Assembly (NCBI GenBank): GCA_977030845.1
Contig: OZ365109.1
Span: 60,202,001 to 60,266,000 of the forward strand
Reading direction: 5' to 3'
DNA: 64,000 bases
DNA from: Fimbriosthenelais zetlandica
Lineage: Eukaryota
Shown piece by piece: positions 26,692-40,364 of the stretch. The translations under genes were made by a program, and so were the position numbers. Every line of letters starts with the position of its first letter. Position 1 is the first letter of the stretch. The notes beneath the pieces were generated by a model. The model ran no database searches, was not told where the DNA came from, and saw only the letters and a list, made by a program, of their open reading frames with translations.

Positions 26692-29540
26692 CTGTAATGG
26701 CAATGATAAGGTGGATGTGAGTGAAGCTGGATATTGATGTCAGCGAGAACGTGACAAAATCATCCATATAATCCCCACTCTCTATAGGGAAATAAAAGAC
26801 GTCGGAACTTAACCCAATTCTAGAATGGTATGCAAAATATATAATAAAATCCTTTATAATTGAGCAGAGAACTATGAGGAAAATGTATAACTTTGTTATT
26901 GCAGAATGCCAGTTACTAACTGTGTCTTTCTGGGTACATTACATCATTTTATATCATTCAATCTGGAATCCCTTCAATATTAATTAGATTTCTCTGATGG
27001 AATTGAGGCCCGGAATTTAGGAGTTACACATTTAGAATTCATAGGGAAATAGTCTGTATTTATAAAGCAGTTAATGGTGTGTTACATCATTCATAGACCA
27101 TTCTATGCTAGCTCAACGGCATCATCTAGCTTGATGCAGCTATGCATGGCTACCCCGAGAATCCAGAACCAATACGAGTGATTTGATGCGTAGTAAAAAC
27201 CAATGGCTGGTAGAGAGAGATAAAAAAGAATTTTGGCTAGCCATATCATTGTGTTGTGAATCATGACTATTTGGCCTGCTCCCAGGCACTAGCCGTGGGA
27301 TTATTATCATCGACCCAGCATTGCTGAGTCACGACCGGAAACACCAAGTGTAGATGATAAAAGTGCGCATGCCCGTCAGGTATCGCTTCCTCGCCCACAC
27401 AAAGCTATCCCCATACTTCAAACCTCGCCTGTACTGTGCATCCAGTGAATCCCCAGTGGTAACTAGAGTCTAAAGGGGCCTTAAGAAATGATGCAGGGTC
27501 TATTATGGTGAAGCATTGTTTAAAGCTTTCTTCTATATAATTTGCTCCTCCTAACATCAGAAGCTTTTGTACATCACGGTTTATCGAAGTACGACATTTG
27601 AAGGCTGAAAAAGCTGCTGCTTTTAACACGTTAGATGTTAACGATTTCTATTCTGTTGGGCTGCACATTTGAGGGCATTGTATTACGAATGATGCCAGCT
27701 CGGGAGAGGTATATCTATAGATGTTAGAAGCCTCCTAGTCGTAGCCACTGAAACATTCAATCTAGCAAAGTGCATTTCTCCCTATTATAGGTTGTATTGC
27801 ATTCGAAAAAGCCCCCAAAATGTGCTTCAACTGTCAGTATGCAGCTTCATCTTCCACATTATTGGCAAAGTCAGTTATTTAATTCGAGAAATCGGCTTTA
27901 ATTTGACAAAAAGTCATTGGAAGCGTTCTCGATAACTGTCGCCCCTGCTTCTGAGTGAATCGCTTCATCAGAGGGTGATTCGATTTAGGTTTAATTAAGA
28001 GAGCCCTTGTTTTATTACATAAGCCATTAAGTATTCATGCTGCTCTCGGCTGCCTCAGCCTGATTACATTATTGGAGATACATTATTCACCCAGAGTCAC
28101 TGGGCAGCAGGAGAAAAGGATGCTTTACTTCTAGCAGAACCTTCTTTCTTTCTTACACTCATCAGCCTTTATTCATGCGAAGAAGGAAAGAACAAAAACC
28201 TACTGTTCTTCTTTCCCTGTAATTCCGCCTGAATCCTATTGATATGCTAGATAAGGACCCTGGGTCCTCTTATGAACAATACCTCTGGTACTGTGGCCGA
28301 ACAATCTCTATCATAACTCAGGTAAGGCCATGCATGATAATGGTAGCTCCAATGCCTGTACCAGTATCGTCCATGGGAATATGTCCAGCTGGATTATGAA
28401 TGTTTCGAAGGGAAGGGGCCTTTTCTGTACGCGATCTCATTTTTCTGTCCAACTCTATCTTCCCCGTATGTGTTCGGTAGTTATGGTCAAAATGAACATT
28501 GTGCAAGCAACTATAGTACAAGCACTTGCTTCATTATTAGTGGCTCATCCGTATTTATATGATTGTTAAGTGTGGCAGGCAATACATTTCAAATAATGAA
28601 AATCATTGCTTAATAATATACAATGTATGCTACATAGCCATTTTGTAATTAGAGCTACCTAAGTTGAACACATCAATTAGAGCATGTAAATACTTCTGTA
28701 CCGCCAATAATACAGAAAGCCACAGTTGCAAGATAAATATTCTGTATGAATAGATTTAGTTCTGAAGCTGTCGTATTCTATTGTATCAAACTGCGTATAC
28801 CTGTTATAGAATTTCGCAAAAGTCTAGTGGGTAATATAAGTCTGGGTGCTGTCAAGAATAAGAGTCAGTTTTCCAAGACAAGTCTGTCTTTAGTTTAGAC
28901 CGTACTTTTACCGTTCAAAGGACGTGAGTATTGATTTTGCACAGAGACCTCGAGACCTGGGAGGATGCACCGAAGATGCCTTCACAAAATGAAGAAAGAC
29001 ATGAGCATCAAACGTCTCTCTCCGGAACAGAAGTGCATCAACATCGATGCAAGCATTGATACGGGTCTCTGCTTGTCAGATACATTAATGTATATAATGT
29101 ACTTATATGACTTATACCTTTGACTTGCCCTTAGCAACATCCATATTGCAAGCTCAGATATTAGTTTCTGATACCATTAATGACATCCCATTGCTACGTG
29201 AACTTGACAAAACCACCACCACCCACCACCACTTTTATGTTTAAAAGAGTTATACTAAATAACAATCGGGTTTTGCTATATATAATAGAGATAAAGGTCG
29301 AAAGACAATATTATTATTAAGGACGAATGGTATAACACGTGATCCGTTTTTTCATTATGTACACTTAAGAATAATGTAATTGGATCCTTCTGCTTCCCTT
29401 ATATAATGCGATGTCGATAAAAGGTAGAGTTCTGAGTCATTATGGTTTATTATTAACCATCTATGTATATATGTTCGATATTAAAGGATTTTAGATTTAG
29501 TGGTGTTCCACGAAGGATTAAGTGCAGATTACATCAATTA

Positions 29541-29552
29541 TGACGTCACCTG
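29541..29552. promoter_or_regulatory. Intronic perfect CRE (TGACGTCA) overlapping an E-box (CACCTG); GC box at 29683-29688
   Basis: TGACGTCACCTG read directly in Syt4 coding intron 2. Function is inferred. Confidence 0.4.
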
Positions 29553-31353
29553 TCGATTAGTGGCAGTAAAATGCAATACATGATTACTATTAATGAGGTG
29601 TACGCTATGAGGCAATGTGTGAGTTGCTCTATTCAGCAGCTCTCTGTGGCCTACTGCTCTGCTGCATCAGCATTCTAAGCGTGGGCGGGGAGAGGAGGAG
29701 AGGGAGTGGAGTGTTGTATGCAAGACTTGTTTATGTGTGTTGGTGGCATCCCTGGCAATGAAGATACAGAGGAAAAGGCACCCAGGAGAGAAAGGCCTCA
29801 ACGCCTGATGAACCTTTCTCTACTCTAGAGGGTCTACACCTCAGGAATACCCAGAAGCGAGACAGTTTCCATCAAAATATCTGAATCCCATGAAATTCAT
29901 ATCTATTTTGTTCCCGTCTGTTCTAGTATGTGTCTCTCCAACGTTTTAACCTTTCTTTAATTACCACAAAGAAATCCTGGGGTGTAAGGAGGGATTTGGA
30001 TGATCAATAATGATCAGTTACGTATGAAAGACCTAGAAAAATGACATAGAATCTCTCTATTTTCCTAGACAATGTGTGTAACTTTTCTCTCTCAAATCTT
30101 TCAAAGATCTTCCTTCTTTTTCCACAAGAATCTTCAATTCTAGTATTAATCAGATGACAGATGACTGGAAAGCCATCCTGTCAGCCATGACAGACCAGGT
30201 GATAGATGGGGTGGCTAATTGAAGGATTGTCTCTGAATCATGATTATTATGAAAACTCTTTGCACGCAGTATAGCCTACAATTATTCTAACTACAACCAG
30301 CAATTGGTGGACACCATTGACATTGATGGATATTTATTCACACTCATTTAATTGTTGTTCATTGTATTAGTATTGCAATCGTCAAAAAGTATAATAATAC
30401 CAGTGATACTAAAGCCGCTGTCATAAACTATACTGCATTGAGGATTTGTACAGAGAAACTTCCATGACTTCCCTTCCAATCTGGGCTGACAAATGTCATA
30501 CCCAAAAAGGCATATAAAAAAGACGAGCCATTGTTACCATGACAACGTTACTGCATCATTAAACAATGTCACTGACGTGTAATGAAATGTTATACAACTG
30601 TATGACCCTTCATGGCCCATGTGGCAGGCGTCAGCCCAGCATGCTTGTTGTTCATCAAAGAGCCCTTTGTATGTTTGATGTGGGCCAAACTCTGAGGTAA
30701 ACACTCAGACAAATGAATATTGATTCAGGGTCCGGACGGGGAATATAATGATCATCCTCCAAGCGGAAGGACTGGCCAACTGCATAAATGTATAATGAAG
30801 TGCAAATCCAAAGCAGATTCTATATCCGTGCTGCAACTCTTGATATTCTACTTGCAGGGCCGACTGCTAATCAATGGCCGAATTTGCTTCAAACACATTC
30901 GATTCAAGAAGTTCTCTAATACTAAAACGTTGATTTGTTCAATTACCGAACATAAAAGGAAAGCACTTCTTCCAATTTAGTCATGGAATTGGCTTCTTGC
31001 ATGAGATCAAAAGGTCCAGCCAACACTGATTGAATCTATGGACTATGTTTAACATTTTAACTTCCTGGAATTCGGCATTGGATTTGGAAAAGAATTCCAG
31101 ACGATTGGGGTAAACCGTTATAGAATATTGATTACTTGAAGATACTTGAGTTTGGGGACTATTTGTTGGGATTAAGTAGCCCCAATCCGGACTGTTATCA
31201 ACCAGCTTTAGAACAAATAGTGCAAGCAAACAATAATTGCATTAAATATAGCCCCAGCTACTGATAGCCAGCAAATGTAAGCTTATAGGTCTATAATTCT
31301 CAAATGTTTTGAATGCTGTCTTTTTTTAACTAGATTGTAGAATAATTACATAC

Positions 31354-32192
31354 CTTCATATGTCTTGGGGCAATCTCTTTGCAAATAGAAACTTCTTGTT
31401 CACCAAGATCCACTCCTGAAAGTGGGTAAACCACCTCACCAATGATGTCGTCACGGGAGAAGCGATCGAAGCTTAGTATAACAAAATGGAGTGTTATGCC
31501 AGGGAGCTGGTTGTAGGACAAGCCGTAGAAGGTGAAGATTTCATCATAGACAGGATTCAGGGTCTTGCGCAGAACCCTGGTCTTCACTTTGTGACGTTTT
31601 TCAGGAAGAAGCTGAAGTTTGACGTAAGGATCAGAGGAGCCAACGTTGGGGTCCTTGGCCGGAAGGTCGCACGCTCTACTGATTGTGACAACCAGAGCAG
31701 TTTTGTGGTTGTCATACTCAACTGTAAAGTAGAGCGTTCCCAACTTCGCAACTTTGAGATCGTCTTCAGATTTCTCCTTCAGTTTCTCATCTTTCTCGCT
31801 GCCGGGTGATGCGATATCCTGTTTCGACTCATTCTCGATGTAGCATTCAGCTTTAATTTGTGCTGATTCAATGGCTGAATTGGTACTGGGACTGAGAGAC
31901 TTGCGCTTTTCGGGTAGTGTCATGTCAGGCTGTTGGCCTTGTTGAATGAGTGGTCGGCTTTGTCCACCTGTCTCGCTTCGTACACTTTTTACAGATCCTG
32001 TGCTGCGCAGACTGGGACTCTTCTTCATGCTTCCATTGTTAGATTCCTTTAAGCCCTTCTTGATGGCGGCAGAGAGACGGTTCTCATTGTTGCGCATGAT
32101 TCGCCTCCTGTAGCATTTGTAGGCTGTTACTGAGAGGCCGACGACAAATGCCAGAGACCCGAGGACTATTCCACACACAGCATACCACCGGA
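31354..32192 (-). CDS. Syt4: Synaptotagmin-4/11 family, coding exon 2 (TM helix, linker, C2A)
   Basis: Acceptor tctttcag|TC CGG TGG, donor ATG AAG|gtatgt. 839 nt, phase 1 to 0. TM helix AVCGIVLGSLAFVVGLSVTAY. C2A contains SDPYVKLQLLPEKRHKVKTRVLRKTLNPVYDE and LSFDRFSRDDIIGEV, which carries the Asp-to-Ser change diagnostic of Syt4/11. Confidence 0.96.
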
Positions 32193-35100
32193 CTGAAAGA
32201 CAAGAAAAGAATAGCTCAGTTGAATAATGTTAAATAATTGGAGCTAGTGTATAAAGTAAAAGTTGACTTCTTTAGGCAGTTTATAGGTTAATGCAATTAT
32301 CTTCTGTTGCAAACATGACCCTGATGGACCAACTAGAGAGACTGGTTTCATTTTTCTACTTTTATCTTTTTTCAACTTCCAGACTTCTCGAACTAATTAT
32401 TGATTTACACCGATGGCAAATGACATTGGTTCATAGCATTCCATCCAAACAAATAACGGTAGCAAAGTAAGGCCTTTGTCAATAGAAACTATCTAGAGTG
32501 CACGGATATTCTATATGTGACCCTAGATGCGTTCATATAATAGGCCAGAGGGAAGGGATTGCCTCTTAGACACATCCCATTGATAACCCCTGGGCTTGTG
32601 CTTAGTCTTATGCACCTCCTTCATTATTATTTTCCAGAGTGACCCTCTGGGTATTGGCGATTGTCGGCAATCCCAGATGATGGATATTGATGGTACGGAG
32701 CCTTAGTAGACAAGACAACACTACCGGCCTGCACTGACCTTCCTCCTCCTCGAGGAAAGGTTATGGATCCCCTGATCAATACTTGATTGCTTCCAAAGCA
32801 CAGCTTCTATACGCAAGGATAGTGCCTTCAGTGATGCTTTTTTCACCACGTTGCACTGCTCCTTCATATTACAGTAATGGATGGGTGCAAACAGGGACGA
32901 TCTCAGGCTAAAATAGTCTCACACAGCCTCCAAGTAACCAGGTTCAGGATGTGACATTACTCAAGAATGTATTACTTGCTATCTTTGGGTACGTTTCTCA
33001 TTACTTTGGTACGAGTCATTTCATCTTTCACAATGCTGTGGAGACCCTGGTAGCTCTGTCTTGAGACAAATGTAGAAAAGTATGTATACAGAGGCTCACA
33101 ACCTTGCAGGTACAAACCTTATTAAACCATACATATCTATAACATTACAGAGTTAAAAATTAGACCCAATCACATTTATTTACAAATGAGGTATACATGT
33201 ATACCGGAGGGAAAGTGAGGCAGTAGCCCATAGACTTACTGTTCTCCCAGTGCCAAATGTGGTAGGTTAGGAGGGAGAACTGTATTACTAACTAAATACC
33301 ATGGCCTTCTTCTATTATTTAGGTTTGGGAACATTTCTATATAGATTACCCTAAACTGGCAGAATTATATGCCCATAGGCATTTATTTGCTGAAATAAGA
33401 TCTATATCACGCCCGATATAGGCAGCCATTAAAATCAATATGATGAATTTTTCATCAGAGGTATTTTCGATCCGCACTAAATACCTGCCTAGACGCTATG
33501 AACGTTTATCATGCATTACGGCTGTTAGGAAAAAAGATATAGACCTGTAGGTCACACTGATCGTAAATGCATGGGATGCTTGCGTGTTCGCTATCATAAT
33601 ACATGTAGTCAGATGGTGTTACCACGTACATGTATGCATGTAATTGATAGGCCTACATTTACGCATTTATTTATGTAATGCTACATAATGAATTATTTTA
33701 GTTTCCAGGTATAGAGGGCAGTCTTTTATCATCTGTTACATCTCTTTGTCCCTTGTCAAAATATATCCGGGGTACAATAAAGGTGTGATACATGGACATT
33801 ACCCCATATGGTAAGCTTATGGGCGTTAATGGGCCCCGGCTCTCTGTTCATGAAGTATGATAGGCAAAATAATACTTAATATTTCAAGGATACGTGGGAA
33901 AAACATCACGTTATGGTTCTAACAAAACAACAATTTGCATGGTACTAACAATTAAGTTGGGACTCCCAGGAAAACATAAAAGTACACAAACAGAGAATAT
34001 TACAATCATTCTTGCTCAGTTAGTCATAAAACTACTCGCCTTAATTGTGCTGCTTGTTAGCGTCAACGTTATTATACTTAATATTTCCTGCCTTTGTCGA
34101 CATATGAATGGACCCTAACAGCACAATATATCTATTCACGCATAGGCCTACGTGGGTTACTGCCCAATGATCAAGTGCCCCGACAGCAGACAATCTTGGA
34201 TGTTCCTTGAGCAGTTGCTAACATTTGTTTAGTAAGTCTGTCTCGTAGTCTTCAAGGATACCATCAGCTGTCACCTTTAATGGATTTCCTTGCCTAGTGG
34301 GTAGCCATGGTAACTGCCTCCCAAGATGGGTCAAGTTAACCAGCTTTTAAGTGATCCAACCGCCTGTGACTATCCATACAGAACCACAAAGGCACAGGCG
34401 AAAAGGTCAACTCTGTGAGAAACAAGCTCTGCATCCGGGAAATGTCTCCTGAAGACATCCGAGGTAATTTTAATTAATTATTGACCCTGGAGTCGTTAGG
34501 ACTAAGAAGAAAGGTCAGGTCAATATCACTCGGAAGTTCAACGAAATAATTCCCCTCATTTTGTGCAAGCAGGTCTACCATAGTTAAAGGAGAAAACTAG
34601 TAATGAAACACTTTTGTTGTTTTCTGTACTAGATTAAAGCAATGTAAAACAGTGCTGTTCGACATCACTCCTGACCCTATAGTCTAGTTGAATCTAAGTG
34701 AACAATTGAATTAAGGCTTTTTTAATCTGTCATAATAATATGTTTGTCTTAATTTGTCTCCCTTATTTCTGTCTCCCTCATTACTATTAATAAGAAAATT
34801 AACTATTTTTGAACCAAGTTCTGATGGAAATGACAATGTTCTTTGGCATGAATCGAAAAGGGGCATATATGTCGGCGAGTCTCTGAGCCATTCGGACATC
34901 TTTATTGCAGTACTGTAGTAGGATGGGCGTGGGTGGTATTGCCATTTGGCAGATAAGAGAGGAAATTTATTGTCCGACGGTACCCAGCTCCTTGATATCT
35001 TCCTCTGTAGAGCAGTAGCTATCAAACCATAATAGGCTGAATAGGCAAATTTGGACATCAAACGATGAATGCTTATTATTCTGTTACTCTATGAGGAAAG

Positions 35101-36147
35101 ATAAATGCCTCTGCATCTAGGATACTGCCAAAAAGCCTTATATACTGTAATTCTCGTATCAAAGAGAGTTAATTGATATCAGGAAAAATACTGCTGGTCC
35201 AATCAAAGCATCAAGGATGAAAGCAATGTGAAAGTAGAGATAAATGGGATCTTGAGAGGGAAGAAGGTAAAGTATTATTGATTTATAACAGTTTGGCCAA
35301 TAATATAAAAAGGATTTATAAGTATCAGGAACTTGAGAATTGGCATTGGCTAGAACGTTCTTGTTTTTATGGTATTGAAGTAAAATTTGAAGTATACTTA
35401 TGACGCTAATAAGACGGGGGTCTGAAGCCTGTAAAATGTTGGCTGAGTATGGTCTGGAAGGAGATAAACTATTGAACCATATCTACTGTAGATCAATATT
35501 TATAATTTAAAGGTAGTAATACAGGCTGTTATCATCATTGCACTATCCTGCTCGTCGCCCCATTAGATAACATGTATGATCTAAATTCATGGGAATTGCT
35601 GTGACTAATAGCACTAACAAAAGCTCCCAAGTGATGTATTATTGATAATGGTACTCTCTGAAATCTACCATAGGAACCGGCTCTCGAATAAAGCCATGAC
35701 TGCCCCATAGGGAGGAAGGGGCTTCTTGATGAATGGGTGCTTTAAGCTACACTATATACAACTCCCCGCACCATTGCCTTCACATATTGTAGCCTCCAAT
35801 TGCCATATAAGCCACCTTATCAAGCATCCCATCCTATAACCTTACTATTTCACAGTTACTCCCTCAGAATATCAATGTCCAAGCGAAGCAGTGTATCGAT
35901 TTGAGTGGTATTGATTAAAATAGTGAAATAAGAAGGGTGAGGCCCTTGCCTCCATTGAAACAGGGTACATGCGTATGGAGCATGCGATAAATTATTAAAA
36001 TCCTATTGCCATGAGATGGGGAAGAGGCAAATGGCACGTTCTCGAGAGGGATTGGAGTAGCCGGGTAATCACGTAAATGTGTAGGATGAAACAAGACTTG
36101 TTTGCAGAGTGGATGTAATTTTGTAAAGGACATATGTAGTCACTTAC

Positions 36148-36193
36148 CTGGGTTGTTTATAATCTCTTGCTGGTCTTCACTTTGGCCCACCAT
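36148..36193 (-). CDS. Syt4: Synaptotagmin-4/11 family, probable first coding exon (short luminal N-terminus MVGQSEDQQEIINNP)
   Basis: ATG at 36193, strong donor CCA G|gtaagt, phase 1 matching exon 2. Total CDS is 46+839+124+308 = 1317 nt = 438 aa plus stop. Confidence 0.85.
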
Positions 36194-36482
36194 CTTGGGG
36201 GATATGTGCAAGACCAAGCTACACCTTTAAAACGTATAGTCCTTTCCCCCCTCTCCTGTGCAGTGGAGATGGGAGAGATGCCGTTAAATGGTTTTCACTG
36301 ATATACGGATGATCTTCTACCTCTCAGCATGGTCACAAAGTCACTGTAATCAAAAGAAAAGCCATTTAGTAAGCGCTTTTCATCACTATGGATACACAGA
36401 TGGTAAGGTTTATCCTCTGAACATTCACACCAGGCCTATATGGCATAGAGAAGCTGCATCTACTCTCCTCCTGCAGATTCGC

Positions 36483-36510
36483 TGACGTCAGTAGCTCTCC
36501 AGCCAATAGG
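36483..36510. promoter_or_regulatory. Perfect CRE (36483-36490) next to an NF-Y-type CCAAT box (AGCCAATAGG, 36501-36510), 290 bp upstream of the Syt4 ATG
   Basis: Motifs read directly. Function is inferred. Confidence 0.5.
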
Positions 36511-37477
36511 ATGGAGATGGGGAGGCTGGAGGGCAGAGTTTCCTGTCAAGCAAGATTACTGCCCGGTGTAACGTTAATAAAATCAAAAGCATCTCTTTAG
36601 GAAATATGGATTATAACAAAATATAATATAATTGAATTCCGTGAGTAGATAGTACCAACTACCTTTGAAACAACAGAATCCTAAAGGAGCTGACCCTATC
36701 TAACCAAAGGTCTAAAGTTTTCAGAGACAATGACGAGGACATTAAGAACGGTTGAAGCTCTCTCAATGGCTACACCGGTCGGTTGTCTCCCGTTATGGCT
36801 TTGCCACAAGCAGCACCAGCAACCATGGCATTGAGTTGCTGTGCAGGTCTTCTGCAGCTTCTGCACTGGCTGCTGCTGTTCAGGGCAACAGCTGTCGGAT
36901 GAGGGGCACTTAGGATCTATGGTGACTGCCAAGTGGCTTGTCTCCATAAGTTGTCGAATAAGTTTGAATCAGTCTACTTGTATGTGTTACTTGCAATTCA
37001 TGCGCCCAGAGATACCACAAAAAAACTGTCTTAATTTCTTTCAAGGGATTTCCCCTTATTATAGTGTTTCGTTGTTGCTCTTAAAATAACCTCTTTCTAT
37101 TTATAGTTGGAAACATATATACAATCCCAGTTTGTCTCAAAGTGCCCCCCCCCCCCTGAGCTGCTGCTACCATCCCTACCACAGCTCCATTCATGGCTTA
37201 CCACCAGCATCACGTCGATGGCTGGCTGGCGCAATGCCTCACATGGTTCTACGAGTGGATGCGTTCGCTCTCTACAGTGGGTGGCCCTGCTTGGACATGT
37301 TGGTAAACATAGGCTGGCCTGGCACCATATGGCCTTTGTGTTCATGACATTACAGATTGTCATGGTAATGAATTAAATCTGCATGTACAGGACCTGCTTA
37401 ATGAGGACCAAATTCACATCATTTTTGCTCACTGACTAAGCTCAAAGACGGGTATAGTCTTAATATAATATATTATA

Positions 37478-37749
37478 CAGGGTGTCTCAGTAATATCTAA
37501 ACCCAACTTTGTAGGACAACCATTTGCGAACTATCAGGTACCCATCATAAAGAAAGGTACTTTTCGCTAACACATTTGAAAAACAATGCTGCTCAATCAT
37601 GCGTGACCCCAGGAAACTAAAAAAATGTATCATTTTGAAGAAATTTGTCTCATCTGTCTGTTGGTACCTTCCTTTGTGCTGGGTACCTGATAGTTTGGTG
37701 GTCCTGGTGGTCCTACAAAGTTGGGTTTAGATATAACTGAGACACGTTG
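37478..37749. mobile_element. Tc1/mariner-type MITE, 272 bp
   Basis: About 85-bp imperfect TIRs (CAGGGTGTCTCAGTAATATCTAAACCCAACTTTGTAGGAC... and its reverse complement ending ...GAGACACGTTG). TA on both flanks (37476-37477, 37750-37751). Confidence 0.88.
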
Positions 37750-38381
37750 TATTTCAGTTTGCTTCTAAATAATTTATGAACGATACTTTCTCATGAAGGT
37801 CGTGAGGTCCCAGGGAGTCACATGTCTATTATTAGAAAGGTTATCAAGCAAAAATAGAATAGTATACAGACGCCCTCAGTCTTTTCCTATACGTTGTAAT
37901 ATAATAAAAATGGCATAGTCAAAATTACTGCTTAGATTTCATGAGTGATAAATGCTAAGAGAGAAGTCAGGCAAACAATGAAAAAATCGATTTTCCACAA
38001 ATTTAATTTGTATTTAGTGACTATTTTGTATTTAGAATAAATATTATGGTATTTAGTTTCAGCATTGCCATTAGAAGTTTTCAGGGCAAGCCAATATAGA
38101 AATTCTTAATGAGTTGGAATGTCAACCACTTCTCAATAATGGGGCAATCGTGCACATCAAATTTGTAATTAAAGTTGCGTTTGAATTTACAGCTTGTCTC
38201 TTCATAAGCTGAGGGAAAAGGCAAATTTTATTATCTGATATAACCTATTAAATCACATATTTAGAATAAATCTTGGAATATCAACTAATATAGGCCCACC
38301 ATATGTTGCATATCTCTTCATGCAATACATTGAATGTTTATGGTTTTGAAAACACGACAAAGGACAAAGATGGTAACTCAC

Positions 38382-38600
38382 CCGAAGTGAACTTGTATCC
38401 TGTAAAGAATAGTGGCTTGTGTTTGAAGTTCAATCGATATTCCTCTCGATGTTTAGCGTCTACAAAATGAAACGGATTTCTTTAATGGCATGTACGTATT
38501 TCCGTCAGCTGGAGTTTGAACCACGAGTTTTGAAACGCCTGAGATGTAAGAGCAGCTCCGAGCACAACACTGACACCTCGTGGCAGATGCTATAATCATC
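38382..38600 (-). other. Candidate non-coding first exon of Syt4
   Basis: Consensus donor TTCGG|gtgagt at 38381 on the minus strand, in CpG-richer sequence. A possible acceptor (cccccaag) directly precedes the ATG at 36193. The 5' end is unknown. Confidence 0.35.
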
Positions 38601-39208
38601 AGTTCATATATCTACCTAAATATAGGCCTATTGCTTCCCCTTAAATAGTATTATTTAATTCCTTCCTATCTAAGTAAAATTACGGCAGTTTGTAAATAAT
38701 GTTAAGTACTATCAGTTAATTGTTTAAATATTTTAATATTCTGTAGTGCCTAATCCCACATGATTATTTTGTTCAAACTTCTCGAGACCCACTCCTAAAT
38801 TACTTGAATAGAATGGCACATTTAAATCGATTTTATAAATCGTAATTTTAATATGTTTGCACCCTTTCTTCATCACCCCATATTTCATATTATTCTCGTT
38901 AGTGGCGCCCTCAGTGGCAAGTCAGGGGAAACTTGGTCTCAGACTGGTTATGGATATACTGCCGGGCCGCCGCTACCAATGCGCCACCGTCGACAATGGA
39001 GCGAACTAACATACGGCAGTTGGATTGGAGGCTAGTTGCTCTCACTGCGCTCGTAACTGATTCTCAACCATAACAAAAACTCTGATTTAATAAATGCTGC
39101 TTTATTTCATTGTGTTTGGCTGACATTGTCGTTGGTTTTGTAAATTAGCCTACCCGAAAACTATCCATTTGCTGCGAGCCTCAAAGCCCAACATCCGGGA
39201 ACTCTCGG

Positions 39209-39220
39209 TGTGACGTCACA
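39209..39220. promoter_or_regulatory. 12-bp palindrome TGTGACGTCACA containing a perfect CRE
   Basis: Read directly; lies in a CpG-richer stretch upstream of Syt4. Confidence 0.45.
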
Positions 39221-39685
39221 GCTTCGAGAAGGAGAAAGTGCCGGCGTTGGGTGCTTGTCTGCATTGGGCTCCTCCTTCTAAAGAAAATCCAAGGCTAAAC
39301 ATCTCGATTCCCAACTAAAATGTCTACTAATAATTGCGGTAGGTATTAAGGCATCGTTTGATGGCAAAATTAACTTGCTGATGTTGATGGTTAGTGGTTA
39401 AATTCGGTGTGATGTGTTGGGCTCTGGTTTGTTGATTCATGAATTGCAAATGGCGACTGGCTGTATTGAGGACATCTAGCGTGGGGAGTCTTAAATGTTC
39501 CGTAAGAGTAAATATTCCCAACTCATACTAATTTGAAGTATTCATGTGATTTATTGGTATGTTTGAGGTGATTTCTGCACTGTTTTCATGGGTTGGGGAG
39601 TGGATGGGAGATAAGGAAACGAGTTTAGCGGTCGTGGGGAGGAGGAGGAGGGAATGGTGGAGCAGGAATCATGATCGAAGAAGAA

Positions 39686-39697
39686 GCCGCCATCTTG
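39686..39697 (+). promoter_or_regulatory. YY1-type motif GCCGCCATCTTG, possible plus-strand TSS region
   Basis: Match to the CCGCCATNTT consensus. An orphan plus-strand exon follows at 40365-40504. Confidence 0.35.
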
Positions 39698-40364
39698 GAT
39701 TGGAAAGATTGGAATGTGGAAAATCGGTCGATTTATTAGCCATCCCTTACTGAAACACAATGAATCTGGGGTATTTTTACTCAGTGTTTAGCCTACAGTT
39801 TGTGGTAAATTTGGCGCCTTTTTGTCTTTATTTCAATATTTGGGTCGATATTTGCGGCTCATTGGCCACGGTGGACATTGCATCAGAAAAAATAGGTCGA
39901 TCAGTTTAAGGCAAAATTTTTTTTTTGTGTGTTTCTGTCTGCCCTGAAATTTTAGAAAGGTTCTAATATAATTTAAGGACGACTCTTCCATATTTAGATG
40001 TATATTTGAATTAATTCTTTGTGATTAAGATTAAAAATGGCTCAAAATTTTGTAATTTTTCACTTGAAACACATTTAAATGTATCATTAAATTGAATAGG
40101 CCTTTAATTAGGCCTACCTAAGTTTGGAAAATTCAAAAACCTAATGTAGGCCTACTTACTAAGATGTATTTACCATCATTATTTTTTTTACTAACATTAT
40201 TTTATTGATTTACCTACAACATTATTGTGTATTTTCTCCTTGATTTCTTTCAATGACAAATGATAGCCCAGTTAGCCTATTACCTTATTATCCAAACAAT
40301 ATATTTAACATTATTCCCAATTTATCCCTAAACAAAGTTCTAATTTTCCATGTTCATTTTCCAG

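Noticed and set aside
31486-31809. Plus-strand 107-aa ORF
   Set aside because: Antisense shadow of Syt4 exon 2.
34840-34900. GIYVGES as a second GIY-YIG relic
   Set aside because: Isolated short match with no supporting RT motifs nearby.
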